Positions 36,958-47,074 are shown, numbered from the stretch's first letter. The stretch is 64,000 nucleotides of DNA from Clostridiales bacterium (GCA_016282315.1 JAEEKG010000075.1:5354-69353); one strand, 5' to 3'. The notes: generated from the letters alone by a model not told the origin. Translations and numbers: made by a program.

Positions 36958-38622
36958 ATGTTATCTGAATTGCAGATTAACAATATAGCAATAATCAAGG
37001 AGCAAACCATTAGATTTGCTCCTGGTTTTAATGTCCTCACAGGTGAAACGGGAGCAGGAAAATCAATCATCATTGATTCAGTCGGATTGATAGCAGGAGC
37101 AAGGGCTTCCAAAGAAAGTCTACGATCCGGAGAGAAAAAAGCTGTTGTAACTGCACTTTTCACAGATATTAATGACTATACAAAAAATGAGCTTGAAAAA
37201 TTCGGTGTTACATGCGAGAACAGAGAGTTGTCAATTTCAAGGGAAATAAATGAATCAGGCAACGGAGTTGCAAGAATCAATGGTAAAACCATTCCTTTAA
37301 TTCAATTAAAGGATATAACTCCCCTTCTCATTAACATACACGGTCAACACGCAAGTCAAGCTTTGCTCGATGAAGAAAACCATATCAAGTATCTTGATGA
37401 GTTTTCAAATACAGAAAAAGAACTGGAAAAATATTCAGTCCTTTATGCTGAGGCATCAGAGATAAAATCAAAAATTTCCGAATTGACAAAAGATGTCCGA
37501 GAAAAGAACAGACGCATTGAAATGCTGAAGTTCCAGATAAATGAAATAAAAGACGCATCACTTAAATCAGGTGAAGAAGACGAACTTTCAAGGCTGAAAA
37601 TCAAGGCTGAAAATGCCGAAAAACTATCTAAATACGCCAAGTTCATCTATAAAGCTCTATATCAGAACGATAAGGGCAATTCAGCTTCAGATCTAGCCAC
37701 AAAGGCAACAGAAGCTATCGATGCCTTAAGTGAAGTTCTCCCCAAGTCAAGCGAGTATTCTGAATATTTGACCAACTTCACATACATGTGTGAAGACATA
37801 GCTGAAACAGTTATGAAAGAATGTGGGTCGGATATTCAGGATCCGGGAAAACTGCTTGACCAGATAGAATCAAGACTTGATTTAATAAGAACACTTAAGC
37901 GCAAATACGGAAACACTGTAGAAGAGATAATTGATTTCAAAAACAAGGCTGAAACCGAACTGAATGAACTTGAAACTGCAGATGACAGAATAATTGATCT
38001 TAAACACAATCTCGAACAGATTACAAAAGAAATGTCAGCCCTCTGCTCAATCATCACACAAAAAAGAAAAACTGCAGGAAAAGCGCTTGAGAAAAAAATG
38101 ACTGAAGAACTTGTTTTTCTTGAAATGAACAAAGTGAGTTTCTCTGTCGATATTTCCAAGTCTGATGTTTACAGACCGGACGGAATTGATATTGTAAGGT
38201 TCTTAATATCCGCTAACGCAGGTGAGCCTCTGGCTCCTCTGGCCAAAATAGCATCAGGCGGCGAATTGTCAAGAACTATGCTTGCTTTGAAGAGTGCTCT
38301 TGCTGACAAAGAAAAAACACCGACCTTGATATTTGATGAAGTTGATACCGGAATATCAGGCAAAACATCATACAAGATCGGCGTTAAATTAAAGTCTTGT
38401 TCTAAGACTGCTCAAGTAATTTGTGTCACTCATTCCCCTCAGATTGCATCTCAGGCTGATTTGCACCTTCTTGTTTCAAAACATGAGAAAAACGGAAGAA
38501 CATTAACTTCGGTGCAAGAGTTGGATATTGAAGGACGAACCAAAGAAATAGCGCGTATAATAGGCGGAGAAACAGTGACAGATAAAACAATCAAAGCTGC
38601 TGAAGAAATGATAAGAGGATAA
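36958..38622 (+). CDS. recN: DNA repair protein RecN
   Basis: Walker A GETGAGKS, a long coiled coil, signature SGGELSR and Walker B LIFDEVDTGISG. Confidence 0.95.
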   Translation: MLSELQINNIAIIKEQTIRFAPGFNVLTGETGAGKSIIIDSVGLIAGARASKESLRSGEKKAVVTALFTDINDYTKNELEKFGVTCENRELSISREINESGNGVARINGKTIPLIQLKDITPLLINIHGQHASQALLDEENHIKYLDEFSNTEKELEKYSVLYAEASEIKSKISELTKDVREKNRRIEMLKFQINEIKDASLKSGEEDELSRLKIKAENAEKLSKYAKFIYKALYQNDKGNSASDLATKATEAIDALSEVLPKSSEYSEYLTNFTYMCEDIAETVMKECGSDIQDPGKLLDQIESRLDLIRTLKRKYGNTVEEIIDFKNKAETELNELETADDRIIDLKHNLEQITKEMSALCSIITQKRKTAGKALEKKMTEELVFLEMNKVSFSVDISKSDVYRPDGIDIVRFLISANAGEPLAPLAKIASGGELSRTMLALKSALADKEKTPTLIFDEVDTGISGKTSYKIGVKLKSCSKTAQVICVTHSPQIASQADLHLLVSKHEKNGRTLTSVQELDIEGRTKEIARIIGGETVTDKTIKAAEEMIRG

Positions 38623-38629
38623 AAAAATA

Positions 38630-38655
38630 CGGTGGACAGAGTCCACCGATTTTTT
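38630..38655 (+). terminator. intrinsic terminator after recN
   Basis: CGGTGGAC-aga-GTCCACCG followed by aTTTTTT. Confidence 0.8.
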
Positions 38656-38677
38656 ATTCATCTTTAATTTAATTCGT

Positions 38678-39169
38678 TCAGTTTACTGCATCATAGTAAA
38701 CACGGATAACAATGTTCTTATCCATGATTGCAACTACTACTGGAATTCTTGCCTGATATCCAGGGATTTCAGGAGATACGACCTGAACCTTTGTTCCATC
38801 TACGTATCTGTACTGATAAGGCTGGCTCAATGTGCTTCCGTCAGCGTTGTCTAAGTATTGAATTGTAAGCCAATACAATGCAGGTTCTGTTTCTTCGGTA
38901 GTTGTAACTTCTTCAGTTGTTGTAACTTCTTCAGTTGTAGTAACTTCTTCTGTTGTTGTAACTTCTTCAGTTGTAGTAACTTCTTCTGTTGTTGTAACTT
39001 CTTCAGTTGTAGTAACTTCTTCTGTAACATTAGTAACTTCTTCTTTAGTAGTCGTTTCAACAGTAGTAGATTCAGTTGTTTCGTCAACTTTCTGTGAGCA
39101 TGAAACTATAGCCAAGATAACAAGACAAACTGCCATTACCAAAGCAAATACCTTAACCATTGACTTCAT
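38678..39169 (-). CDS. small lipoprotein with an (EEVTTT)n repeat linker and a MucBP-like C-terminal domain
   Basis: Lipobox IVSC. Seven EEVTTT repeats. The C-terminal approximately 65 aa (LTIQYLDNADGSTL...VVSPEIPGYQA...VIRVYYD) resembles the MucBP beta-domain pattern. Confidence 0.65.
   Translation of the reverse strand: MKSMVKVFALVMAVCLVILAIVSCSQKVDETTESTTVETTTKEEVTNVTEEVTTTEEVTTTEEVTTTEEVTTTEEVTTTEEVTTTEEVTTTEETEPALYWLTIQYLDNADGSTLSQPYQYRYVDGTKVQVVSPEIPGYQARIPVVVAIMDKNIVIRVYYDAVN
38904..39029. repeat. in-frame 18-bp tandem repeat, about seven units (36-bp higher-order alternation)
   Basis: GTAACTTCTTCAGTTGT(T/A) alternates with GTAACTTCTTCTGTTGTT. It encodes EEVTTT on the minus strand. 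Confidence 0.9.
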
Positions 39170-39277
39170 TTTACTATCTCCTTAACGTTATGATTTTCTT
39201 AATTTGAAACCCAATCTATTTCCAACCAATACACTAAATGGTATGAATTTCTTGCGGTCACATATCTATACGCATAT

Positions 39278-39306
39278 ATTATAATCATTACACTTTGTAA
39301 AATCAA
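39278..39306 (-). promoter_or_regulatory. candidate promoter of the repeat lipoprotein gene
   Basis: On the minus strand: TTGATT, 17 nt, TATAAT. Confidence 0.4.
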
Positions 39307-39426
39307 CAATATTTTTTTATTTTTTATGCAATTTTTCTTTTTGTGCATTTTTTACTGACAAGTGTTTATAATCTGCAGTGTTTTTTTGCATTTTTACCGC
39401 ATTGTGAAAAGAAAAACCGGTAGTTG

Positions 39427-39456
39427 TTGACTTTTTCCGTCAATTGATGATATAAT
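39427..39456 (+). promoter_or_regulatory. sigma-A promoter of the tyrS leader
   Basis: TTGACT, 18 nt, TGa-TATAAT. Confidence 0.6.
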
Positions 39457-39462
39457 TTCCGC

Positions 39463-39712
39463 GTTAGCTGTGATGAAGAGAGTAAATGTATTGAAGTTTT
39501 CAGAGAATTGTCGGCTGGTGAAAGACAATAACAACGGTACATCGAAGTACACTTCTGAGCTGCACGCTGAACAAAATAGTAGGCGTTGCCGGGTATGCCC
39601 GTTACAGCTGAGAGTCTATGACTTGATAAGGCATTTGTTGCGAAGCAAATGCAAACTGAGGTGGTAACACGAACATTTCGTCCTCTGCTCTATGCGGGGG
39701 ACTTTATTTTTT
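39463..39712 (+). promoter_or_regulatory. T-box riboswitch leader, tyrosine specifier (UAC)
   Basis: AGAGAG box near the 5' end (39477-39482). TAC at 39548-39550, followed by A, in a GAAGUACAC specifier context. T-box sequence AAACTGAGGTGGTAACACG (39653-39671). Terminator GTCCTCTGC-tctat-GCGGGGGAC (39680-39702) followed by TTTATTTTTT. Confidence 0.85.
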
Positions 39713-39732
39713 ACATGCGAAAGGAAATCAAA

Positions 39733-40962
39733 ATGGACATTTTACAAGAATTCAGAGACAGAGATCTTATTGCTCAGACAACGGATATTGATGCTATAGA
39801 AAAGGCATTTGCCGAAGGTCCTGTCACTTTCTATATTGGTTTTGACCCTACTGCGGATAGTTTGCACGTTGGACACTTTATGCAGATGAAGATCATGTCT
39901 CACATGCAAAAAGCAGGCAATAAACCTATCGCCCTTTTCGGAGGCGGCACTGGCATGATCGGAGATCCTTCAGGAAAAACCGACATGAGAAAAATGATGA
40001 CAAAGGAAACAATTCAGCACAACGTAGATTGTTTCAAGGTTCAGATGGCAAAATTCATTGACACAAGCGACGGCAAGGCTATTTTTGTCAACAACGCAGA
40101 TTGGTTAATGGATCTCAACTACATCGAATTTCTGAGAGAAGTTGGCGTGCATTTTTCAGTCAACAGAATGCTCACTGCTGAGTGCTACAAGTCAAGAATG
40201 GAAAAAGGACTTACCTTCCTTGAATTCAACTACATGCTCATGCAGAGTTATGACTTCTACAAACTGAACGAGATGTACAACTGCAGACTTGAATTCGGCG
40301 GAGACGATCAGTGGTCTAACATCATAGGCGGTGTTGAACTGCTCAGAAGAAAAAAACAAGTCGATGCATTCGGAATGACATTCAAACTCCTAACAAACAG
40401 CGAAGGCAAAAAAATGGGAAAAACCGAAAAAGGCGCTGTTTGGCTCGATGCAGAAAAGACAACTCCTTACGAGTTCTTCCAGTACTGGAGAAACGTGGGA
40501 GATGCTGACGTTATCAAATGCATGAAAATGCTCACCTTCATTCCTGTTCCGGAAATCGAAGAATACAGAAAACTCGAAGGTTCTTCTGCTATCAACGAAG
40601 CAAAAGAAAGACTTGCTTATGAGTTGACTCTCCTCATTCACGGCAAAGACGAAGCAGACAAAGCTCTTGCAACTGCAAAAGACGTATTCTCATCAGGAAA
40701 AGTAAGCGAAGATATGCCGACTACTGAACTTTCCGAATCCGATTTAACTGATGGTCAGATTGGCGTTTTGGATCTTATGACAATCGGAAAACTTGCCGCT
40801 TCGAGAGGCGAAGCAAAGAGATTGATTATGCAGGGCGGCGTAGTTATGGGCGAAGAAAAAGTCGACAACTTCAACACAATGGTTGATGCCGAAAAACTCA
40901 GAGACCAGGGTCTTGTCATAAGAAAAGGCAAAAAAGTCTTCCACAGATTCACAATTAAATAA
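39733..40962 (+). CDS. tyrS: tyrosine--tRNA ligase
   Basis: Start moved to the ATG at 39733 ([10 protein letters not shown]), downstream of the T-box terminator. HIGH motif (LHVGH), KMSKS-type motif (KMGKT) and a C-terminal S4 domain. Confidence 0.95.
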   Translation: MDILQEFRDRDLIAQTTDIDAIEKAFAEGPVTFYIGFDPTADSLHVGHFMQMKIMSHMQKAGNKPIALFGGGTGMIGDPSGKTDMRKMMTKETIQHNVDCFKVQMAKFIDTSDGKAIFVNNADWLMDLNYIEFLREVGVHFSVNRMLTAECYKSRMEKGLTFLEFNYMLMQSYDFYKLNEMYNCRLEFGGDDQWSNIIGGVELLRRKKQVDAFGMTFKLLTNSEGKKMGKTEKGAVWLDAEKTTPYEFFQYWRNVGDADVIKCMKMLTFIPVPEIEEYRKLEGSSAINEAKERLAYELTLLIHGKDEADKALATAKDVFSSGKVSEDMPTTELSESDLTDGQIGVLDLMTIGKLAASRGEAKRLIMQGGVVMGEEKVDNFNTMVDAEKLRDQGLVIRKGKKVFHRFTIK

Positions 40963-40971
40963 AAAATTAGA

Positions 40972-41006
40972 GTGCTGTCTTCACTGCGGTTGCAGTTTGA
41001 CAGCAC
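40972..41006. terminator. long hairpin terminator between convergent tyrS and the membrane-protein gene
   Basis: GTGCTGTC...(inner ACTGC/GCAGT)...GACAGCAC followed by CCTTTTTC. Confidence 0.7.
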
Positions 41007-41029
41007 CCTTTTTCTATCAAATAAGAATA

Positions 41030-42004
41030 CTATTCTTTCAAGGATTTGCGGAGAGTTGCAAATTTCGCAGATTTCTGTTCGAGTTCCGCAAATGAACTCT
41101 CTGACGGAATGTCTTTCATTCCGGATTCCATGAAGTTTCTGAGAACGCCCACGAGAACAAACGGACGGATGAAGTTTGAATGGATGAATCCCCAGATTAC
41201 AAGTCCAATCACTGCTGCAATTATGAGCATAAGTGTTGTGGGATTGGTCAGCAGCTCATGTATTTCTATGTTTTCACGTGTTGACAATTCAGCAAGTTCG
41301 CTTGCCAGTTTTGCAAAAGTATTCGGCATTGACTGGAAAATGAGATACGAAATTCCGAAGAATGGACCTCCTACCAGTACGAGAGAAGCAAGTCCCATGC
41401 CAAATATGCGGCCGACGTTCTTTGCAAAGGATTTTCCGTGTTTGAAGAAAAGAACTGCACCTTCAAGGGTAGCCTTTGCACTGCTTGTATCTTTTCTGAA
41501 GAACACCCAGCCGAGGCAGCAGTCGCACATATATGAAACTATTGTTTGAATGGCACTTGATATGGCTGAACCTACGGCACCGCCGTTTTCTCCGCCTATC
41601 GCATTGCCAAGTGCTGTAATACCGCGTCCAATCTGATTGAAGATTGCCTTGATTACTTTTGTCACAGCAAATAATGCTGCAACAGTTGCAAATCTTTCCT
41701 TTACTACTTTTTTGCCTTCCTTGTATACATTGTCCGGAAGCTTGTTTTCAGCTATTCCGTAAGTCATCATAGCTATTTGACCGGCCTTTATTGCATAAGA
41801 AATAAAGTGACCTACAAATGCCGCAATAACTATTCCGACAAACAAACCGATGACCATTCCGAGCATTCCCATGCTGTTAACTTTGTCCATTATGAGGAAT
41901 CCTGCGGTTGCAAGTCCGGCTACGACAGCCAGCGTAATGAGATCGATAACGAGTTTGTGAATCGAAAAACACAATGTTTTCTTGTACAGTTCTTTGTTGC
42001 TCAT
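41030..42004 (-). CDS. polytopic membrane protein, function unknown
   Basis: 324-aa ORF with several long hydrophobic segments. I recognised no motif. Confidence 0.55.
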   Translation of the reverse strand: MSNKELYKKTLCFSIHKLVIDLITLAVVAGLATAGFLIMDKVNSMGMLGMVIGLFVGIVIAAFVGHFISYAIKAGQIAMMTYGIAENKLPDNVYKEGKKVVKERFATVAALFAVTKVIKAIFNQIGRGITALGNAIGGENGGAVGSAISSAIQTIVSYMCDCCLGWVFFRKDTSSAKATLEGAVLFFKHGKSFAKNVGRIFGMGLASLVLVGGPFFGISYLIFQSMPNTFAKLASELAELSTRENIEIHELLTNPTTLMLIIAAVIGLVIWGFIHSNFIRPFVLVGVLRNFMESGMKDIPSESSFAELEQKSAKFATLRKSLKE

Positions 42005-42066
42005 CTGAATTATTTCTCCTTTTTGTATATTGTTTTTTTTTTGACCATTTATGTAAGATGTTTTAA

Positions 42067-44412
42067 CTACTTCACATCTACAATAATGTTCTCCCCATCT
42101 GAATCAACTGATATCTTTTTCAGTTTTTTCTTGTATCCAGCAATCAGTTTTTCTGCTGCTACATCCTCAACATTTTTGGTTATATATCTGCGCATGTTTC
42201 TTGCTCCGAATTTCGGAGAATATGACTTTTCGGCTATGCATTCAATTGCCTTGTCTGTCCATGTCAAAGACAAGCCCTTTGACAGCAGTGCAGATTTCAG
42301 ATCGCCCATCATAATTGATGCAATCTTCTTGAAATCATCCTTGTCGAGGGATCTGAAAGTGATTATTTCATCTACCCTGTTTATAAACTCAGGTCTTAAG
42401 AATTCAAGAAGCGCTTTTTCAGTTCTGTTTTCGGAAATCTGATCTGTTGTTGCTCCGAATCCTGTCATATTCATTCCCGTTGAACTACCCGCATTTGTAG
42501 TCATAACTATAATGCAGTTGTCAAATTTGACTTCGACGCCTCTTGCGTCAGTTACTCTGCCGTCATCAAGGATCTGAAGTAATATGTTGAGTACATCCGG
42601 GTGAGCTTTTTCAATTTCATCAAACAGTACAACCGAGTAAGGTCTTCTTCTGATTTTTTCAGTAAGCTGGCCTGCATCATCATATCCGACATATCCCGGA
42701 GGTGATCCGATGAGTTTTGACACGGTGTGCTTTTCCATGTATTCACTCATGTCGAGTCTTATCATTGATTCGGGTGAACTGAACAAATCATTCGCTAGGA
42801 CTTTTACAAGTTCCGTTTTACCTATACCGGTCGGACCTGCAAATATGAATGAAGCAGGTTTTCTCTTGTATGACACTCCTGCTCTGCTGCGCTTGATTGC
42901 TCTTACAACAGCATCGACAGCTTTGTCCTGACCGATGATTCTGGATTTTAATCTATCAGCTAAACCATTGAGTCTTTCAAATTCGTTTGCTGTAATAGAA
43001 CCGGCAGGAATTCCTGTCCAAACTTCAACTACGTGAGCCAATGCATCAAGATCGAGTTCGATAGTAGACATCTCAACTTTGAGCTTTTCATATTCCTGCT
43101 CATTTTTCAATGTTTCGGACTTGATCTCTGCAACCTCTTCATATCTCCTGTTTGTGTCTTCTTCTTTTTCATCCTTGTCAGGCTGCTTGTCTTCGAGATC
43201 TTTTTCTTTTGATTTGAGTTCTTCAAGTTTCTTTTCAACTTCATCAACTCTTGACAATATAGGAGAATTCAAAGCCACATATGAAGCTGCTTCGTCAATA
43301 AGGTCGATAGCTTTATCCGGAAGATATCTGTCTGTGATATATCTTTCAGACAACTCAACCGCACTGTTCACTATCTCCTCTGAGATATGAATTCTGTGGT
43401 AATCTTCATAATACTTCTTGATTCCGTCAAGCATCTGCTTGGCAGTTTCAATTGAAGGTTCTTCGACATAAATCGGCTGGAAACGACGCTCCAAAGCTGT
43501 GTCTTTTTCTATGTATTTTCTGTACTCTGCCAGAGTTGTAGTACCAATAATCTGAATCTCGCCTCTTGACAGTGCAGGCTTAAGAATGTTTGCTGCATTC
43601 ATACTGCCTTCAGAATCTCCGACACCTACGATGCTGTGAACTTCATCGATTACGAGTATTATATTTCCCAAAGCTTTGACTTCTTCGATCAGACCTTTGA
43701 TTCTGCTTTCAAATTGGCCTCTGAACTGAGTTCCAGCAACAAGCGCAGTCAAATCAAGAAGATGTACTTCTTTATCTCTGAGCTTATATGGAACGCTGCC
43801 TTCTGCAATTTTTTGAGCAAGTCCTTCTGCAATAGCAGTCTTTCCTACACCTGCTTCACCGATAAGACAAGGATTGTTCTTTTGTCTTCTTGTGAGTATC
43901 TGCATTGTTCTTGAAACTTCTTTTTCTCTGCCTATTACAGGATCAAGCTTTCCGTCTTTTGCAGCTTGTGTAAGGTCGCGACAATACATCGGAACAAATT
44001 TTCTGTTAAATGGTCTTTTTTCTTTCTTTTGTTCCTGATAATTCTTTCCGTTCCTTCCCAAACCATTGTTCTTGATGTTCGGGTTTTCCGGATTGTCCTT
44101 TTGAGGAAGGTTTCCAATCGGACCGAAATTCATCTGATTGAGCATCTTGCCTATGTCAAGAGATGGTGCATGTGGAGAATTCTCGTCTTCATCGCCGTTT
44201 TGGTTTGCTGAAAGCAACTCACCCATGCTGTCTTCCATACCCTCTAAATCTTCATCGGAAATGCCCAGTTTTTGAATTATATTGTTAACTTGAGGAATGC
44301 CTATTTCTTTTGCGCATTTCAAGCAGAGACCTTCATTTTTGGTCTCTCCGTTTTCTATTTTAGTTACAAATATTACTGCCATTCTCTTGTGGCATCTTGA
44401 ACATAATTGCAT
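42067..44412 (-). CDS. Clp/Hsp100 class I AAA+ ATPase (ClpC-like) with an N-terminal zinc ribbon instead of Clp_N repeats
   Basis: Two Walker A motifs (GEAGVGKTA, GPTGIGKTE) and a short charged middle coiled coil. The N-terminus is CSRCHK...CLKCAK (CxxC x21 CxxC), followed by a low-complexity linker of roughly 100 aa. Confidence 0.85.
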   Translation of the reverse strand: MQLCSRCHKRMAVIFVTKIENGETKNEGLCLKCAKEIGIPQVNNIIQKLGISDEDLEGMEDSMGELLSANQNGDEDENSPHAPSLDIGKMLNQMNFGPIGNLPQKDNPENPNIKNNGLGRNGKNYQEQKKEKRPFNRKFVPMYCRDLTQAAKDGKLDPVIGREKEVSRTMQILTRRQKNNPCLIGEAGVGKTAIAEGLAQKIAEGSVPYKLRDKEVHLLDLTALVAGTQFRGQFESRIKGLIEEVKALGNIILVIDEVHSIVGVGDSEGSMNAANILKPALSRGEIQIIGTTTLAEYRKYIEKDTALERRFQPIYVEEPSIETAKQMLDGIKKYYEDYHRIHISEEIVNSAVELSERYITDRYLPDKAIDLIDEAASYVALNSPILSRVDEVEKKLEELKSKEKDLEDKQPDKDEKEEDTNRRYEEVAEIKSETLKNEQEYEKLKVEMSTIELDLDALAHVVEVWTGIPAGSITANEFERLNGLADRLKSRIIGQDKAVDAVVRAIKRSRAGVSYKRKPASFIFAGPTGIGKTELVKVLANDLFSSPESMIRLDMSEYMEKHTVSKLIGSPPGYVGYDDAGQLTEKIRRRPYSVVLFDEIEKAHPDVLNILLQILDDGRVTDARGVEVKFDNCIIVMTTNAGSSTGMNMTGFGATTDQISENRTEKALLEFLRPEFINRVDEIITFRSLDKDDFKKIASIMMGDLKSALLSKGLSLTWTDKAIECIAEKSYSPKFGARNMRRYITKNVEDVAAEKLIAGYKKKLKKISVDSDGENIIVDVK

Positions 44413-44463
44413 CTTTTAATCTATCCATTTCCGGCATAAAGCCTAATTGTTTTCGCTTGTTAA

Positions 44464-45126
44464 TTAACCCATGAAGAGGTTCAATATCAGTGATACCGGG
44501 TTAAAGTTCATAAATATCTTGTAGTAAACCGTATCCGCCAGTTCCATGCTGAATGCATTGGGGTAACTCGATGATAGCCACGGCAGAATCGTACTTGCAA
44601 AGAAGTGGGACAAAAGCCATGTGATCATAAAACCTTCAACAACACCGAGTACAACTCCGAGCACTACATTCACCGGGTTCAGAGGAGATTTTTTCAATAT
44701 GCCCGTAACAATCAATGCAATCAAAGCTATAACAAGTTTTGTTACAAAGAAAATTACCAAAAAGGCCATAATGTATGAGAAAGCAAGAGCCATGTAATTG
44801 TTCATTACCTGGTTTGCCTGAGCTGATACTTCTCCGTTTTCATTGAATGCTTTGGCAGCATATGTGAGAACTGTCTGAATTTTATCCCACAACGATGTTG
44901 TACCACTGAAATCAGGCATTTCGACATCAGTTATCATTGTCTGAACAAACGGCATTTTTTGAATTACGTTTGCCAGTGGATCACAGAAAATGTATGCGAG
45001 TAAGGCAGAAATAATAAACGAAACCATTCCGGCTAATTGTTTGACAAATCCCTTCTTCATTCCGACAATACCGCAAATAATTACGATAAGCAAAAATACA
45101 GATGGGACTATATAATTGGAAATCAT
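44464..45126 (-). CDS. CvpA-family-like membrane protein
   Basis: 220 aa with four to five TM helices, in the size and topology class of CvpA. This is a weak motif-level call. Confidence 0.45.
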   Translation of the reverse strand: MISNYIVPSVFLLIVIICGIVGMKKGFVKQLAGMVSFIISALLAYIFCDPLANVIQKMPFVQTMITDVEMPDFSGTTSLWDKIQTVLTYAAKAFNENGEVSAQANQVMNNYMALAFSYIMAFLVIFFVTKLVIALIALIVTGILKKSPLNPVNVVLGVVLGVVEGFMITWLLSHFFASTILPWLSSSYPNAFSMELADTVYYKIFMNFNPVSLILNLFMG

Positions 45127-46274
45127 TGTTCCGCCTCCTTTTCCGTTTCTAATAGACCTGTGTGATCATCATAACACAAAATGATTTTTCCGGAGTTCAA
45201 CATTACCATGTCCATAACTCCCTCATAATCATTCAGTGTAACAACTCCATTAATTGAAGAATACAATCCTTTTGTTGTGAGTACGAACATTTTATCTTCA
45301 GAAAAAATGCATTGCAATGTTTTGCCTTCACAATTAACAATAAGTTTACTTTTTCCTTCTTTTGTTAACAAAGTGAGGGTTGATACACCATTGTTGTATG
45401 TCACAAAAACAACAAAAGAGTCGTCGCTGAACACTCTGAAAAGATTGCCTTCAATTTCTATTTTTGCTGTTTCTTTGTTTGATGAATCATAAAGTCTTAT
45501 GTATTTGTCTGTTACGCTGTAGAGCGTGTTGGAAAGGTAACCTGTTTGTATTGATACCTCTCCTTCGTTTTTTTCTTCGAATATTATTTTTTTATCGCTT
45601 ATGTTGTAAACGACGATGTGTGAATTTCTGAACGATTCTCCCTGCTCCTGAATCAGGAATACAGCTCTGTCTTCGCTCTCGTTTAAAGCACAACTATAAA
45701 TTGTGTCGCTTGTTTTTTCGGTTGATAAAACGGATTTGAAATCTTTGCTGAACACTTCTCCGTTCATTTCCGAGCCCGAAGTGTGCAATGTTATAAAGCC
45801 GCCTTTTTTTCCAGTCACGACACTAGACAATGTGTTTCCGGCATTCAAAGAATAGATCTCGGAATAGTAGTTATACAAGTGTATGTTTCCGTCGTTTGTG
45901 TTGTAACTACAAAGATATTTGCCATTCTTACTTAGTCTGTCAGAGCCGTTGTCAAAGCTTGCAAGTCTGATGCCGCTTAAGCTGTATATGTTCAGCACTC
46001 CGTTTGACAACACCACAAACTGATTCTCATAAATGCCAAATTTCGAGTCGAGCGAGGGTGAATAATATATTCCTTTGTATTCAGCATTCACTAGTCTTGG
46101 ATTTATCCTCAGATAGTTGAAGAAAGAGTCAAGACTGTTTATAGATAACTTGGATCTTCCGGCTATTGAAGTTATAACCGTGAACAATATAAGCACTATG
46201 AGGGTCACATATTTCAAAATGCGGAATATCTTAACGCGCTTTGAATAGTAATCGTTTTTTTGTTCGCTATCCAA
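45123..46274 (-). CDS. N-terminally anchored beta-rich (propeller-like) protein, function unknown
   Basis: One TM helix (YVTLIVLILFTVITSIAG) followed by about 330 aa of short beta-strand repeats. 4-nt overlap with the cvpA-like gene. Confidence 0.6.
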   Translation of the reverse strand: MDSEQKNDYYSKRVKIFRILKYVTLIVLILFTVITSIAGRSKLSINSLDSFFNYLRINPRLVNAEYKGIYYSPSLDSKFGIYENQFVVLSNGVLNIYSLSGIRLASFDNGSDRLSKNGKYLCSYNTNDGNIHLYNYYSEIYSLNAGNTLSSVVTGKKGGFITLHTSGSEMNGEVFSKDFKSVLSTEKTSDTIYSCALNESEDRAVFLIQEQGESFRNSHIVVYNISDKKIIFEEKNEGEVSIQTGYLSNTLYSVTDKYIRLYDSSNKETAKIEIEGNLFRVFSDDSFVVFVTYNNGVSTLTLLTKEGKSKLIVNCEGKTLQCIFSEDKMFVLTTKGLYSSINGVVTLNDYEGVMDMVMLNSGKIILCYDDHTGLLETEKEAEQ

Positions 46275-46300
46275 AATCTGCCCCTCCCTTCAAAGCTTCA

Positions 46301-47074
46301 TTAGCTTATAAGATTCTCCTTTACGTATTCGTTATCCAAGAACACTTCATCCAAAAACAATCCGCATCCCGGAAGGGTTCTTCCGGCCTCTTTTCTCTCG
46401 CAATTGTTTATGATTTCTTTGACATCTTCACTTTTTAGCTTCTTTTCAGATACTTCAAGCAAAGTGCCGCATATGATTCTGACCATGTTGTAAAGGAATC
46501 CGTCTGCAGCTATTCTTATCTTTACGTAATTCCCGTCTCTTTTAACCGAGCACTCGGAAATTGTTCTTACTGTGTTTTCTATCTCGCTTCCGCTTGCCAT
46601 AAATGACTTGAAATCGTGCTTGCCTATAAAGTACTCAGCTGTCTTGTTCATAACAGAGTCATCGATTTCTCTTGGATAATAGAATGATCTGTCGCAATCA
46701 AAAGGGTCGGGAGTCTGGGTATTTCTTATGACATACTCATATCTTTTACCAATAACTGCTCTTTTGATTCTGAAATCATCCTTGACAGTCCACGAACCGT
46801 TAACACAAATATCTTCAGGCAAAAAAGTGTTCATTGCCTTTGTGAAATTATCCGGAGGAATACTAGGACAGTCATCAGATTGAACACATGCATAATATTC
46901 TCTTGCGTGAACTCCCGTGTCAGTTCGACTGCATCCGGATACAACAGCATTGTTCTTAGCAAATATTGTATTGGCAGCTCTTTCAAGTTCGCCTTGAATT
47001 GTAATCTGATTAGGCTGAATCTGAAAACCGCAGTATTTTGTGCCTAGATAAGATATTTTTATCAGGTATTTCAT
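46301..47074 (-). CDS. truA: tRNA pseudouridine(38-40) synthase
   Basis: KISYLGTKYCGFQIQP and the catalytic RTDTGVHA motif. Conserved position after ecfT. Confidence 0.9.
   Translation of the reverse strand: MKYLIKISYLGTKYCGFQIQPNQITIQGELERAANTIFAKNNAVVSGCSRTDTGVHAREYYACVQSDDCPSIPPDNFTKAMNTFLPEDICVNGSWTVKDDFRIKRAVIGKRYEYVIRNTQTPDPFDCDRSFYYPREIDDSVMNKTAEYFIGKHDFKSFMASGSEIENTVRTISECSVKRDGNYVKIRIAADGFLYNMVRIICGTLLEVSEKKLKSEDVKEIINNCERKEAGRTLPGCGLFLDEVFLDNEYVKENLIS

Noticed and set aside
38904-39029. Regular short repeats that could be mistaken for a CRISPR array.
   Set aside because: The units are contiguous 18-mers with no spacers. They are in frame within a coding sequence, and no cas genes are present.
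38851-39097. ORFs 38851-39087 (-) and 38858-39097 (+), with repetitive LQLKKLQQQKK and CNFFSC sequences.
   Set aside because: These are alternative-frame readings of the 18-bp tandem repeat. The lipoprotein frame (38678-39169) has a signal peptide, a lipobox and a folded C-terminal domain.
39470-39667. 65-aa ORF in the tyrS upstream region, and the N-terminal extension of track ORF 39649-40962.
   Set aside because: The region folds as a T-box leader (specifier UAC, T-box sequence, terminator). The real tyrS start is the ATG at 39733, after the terminator.
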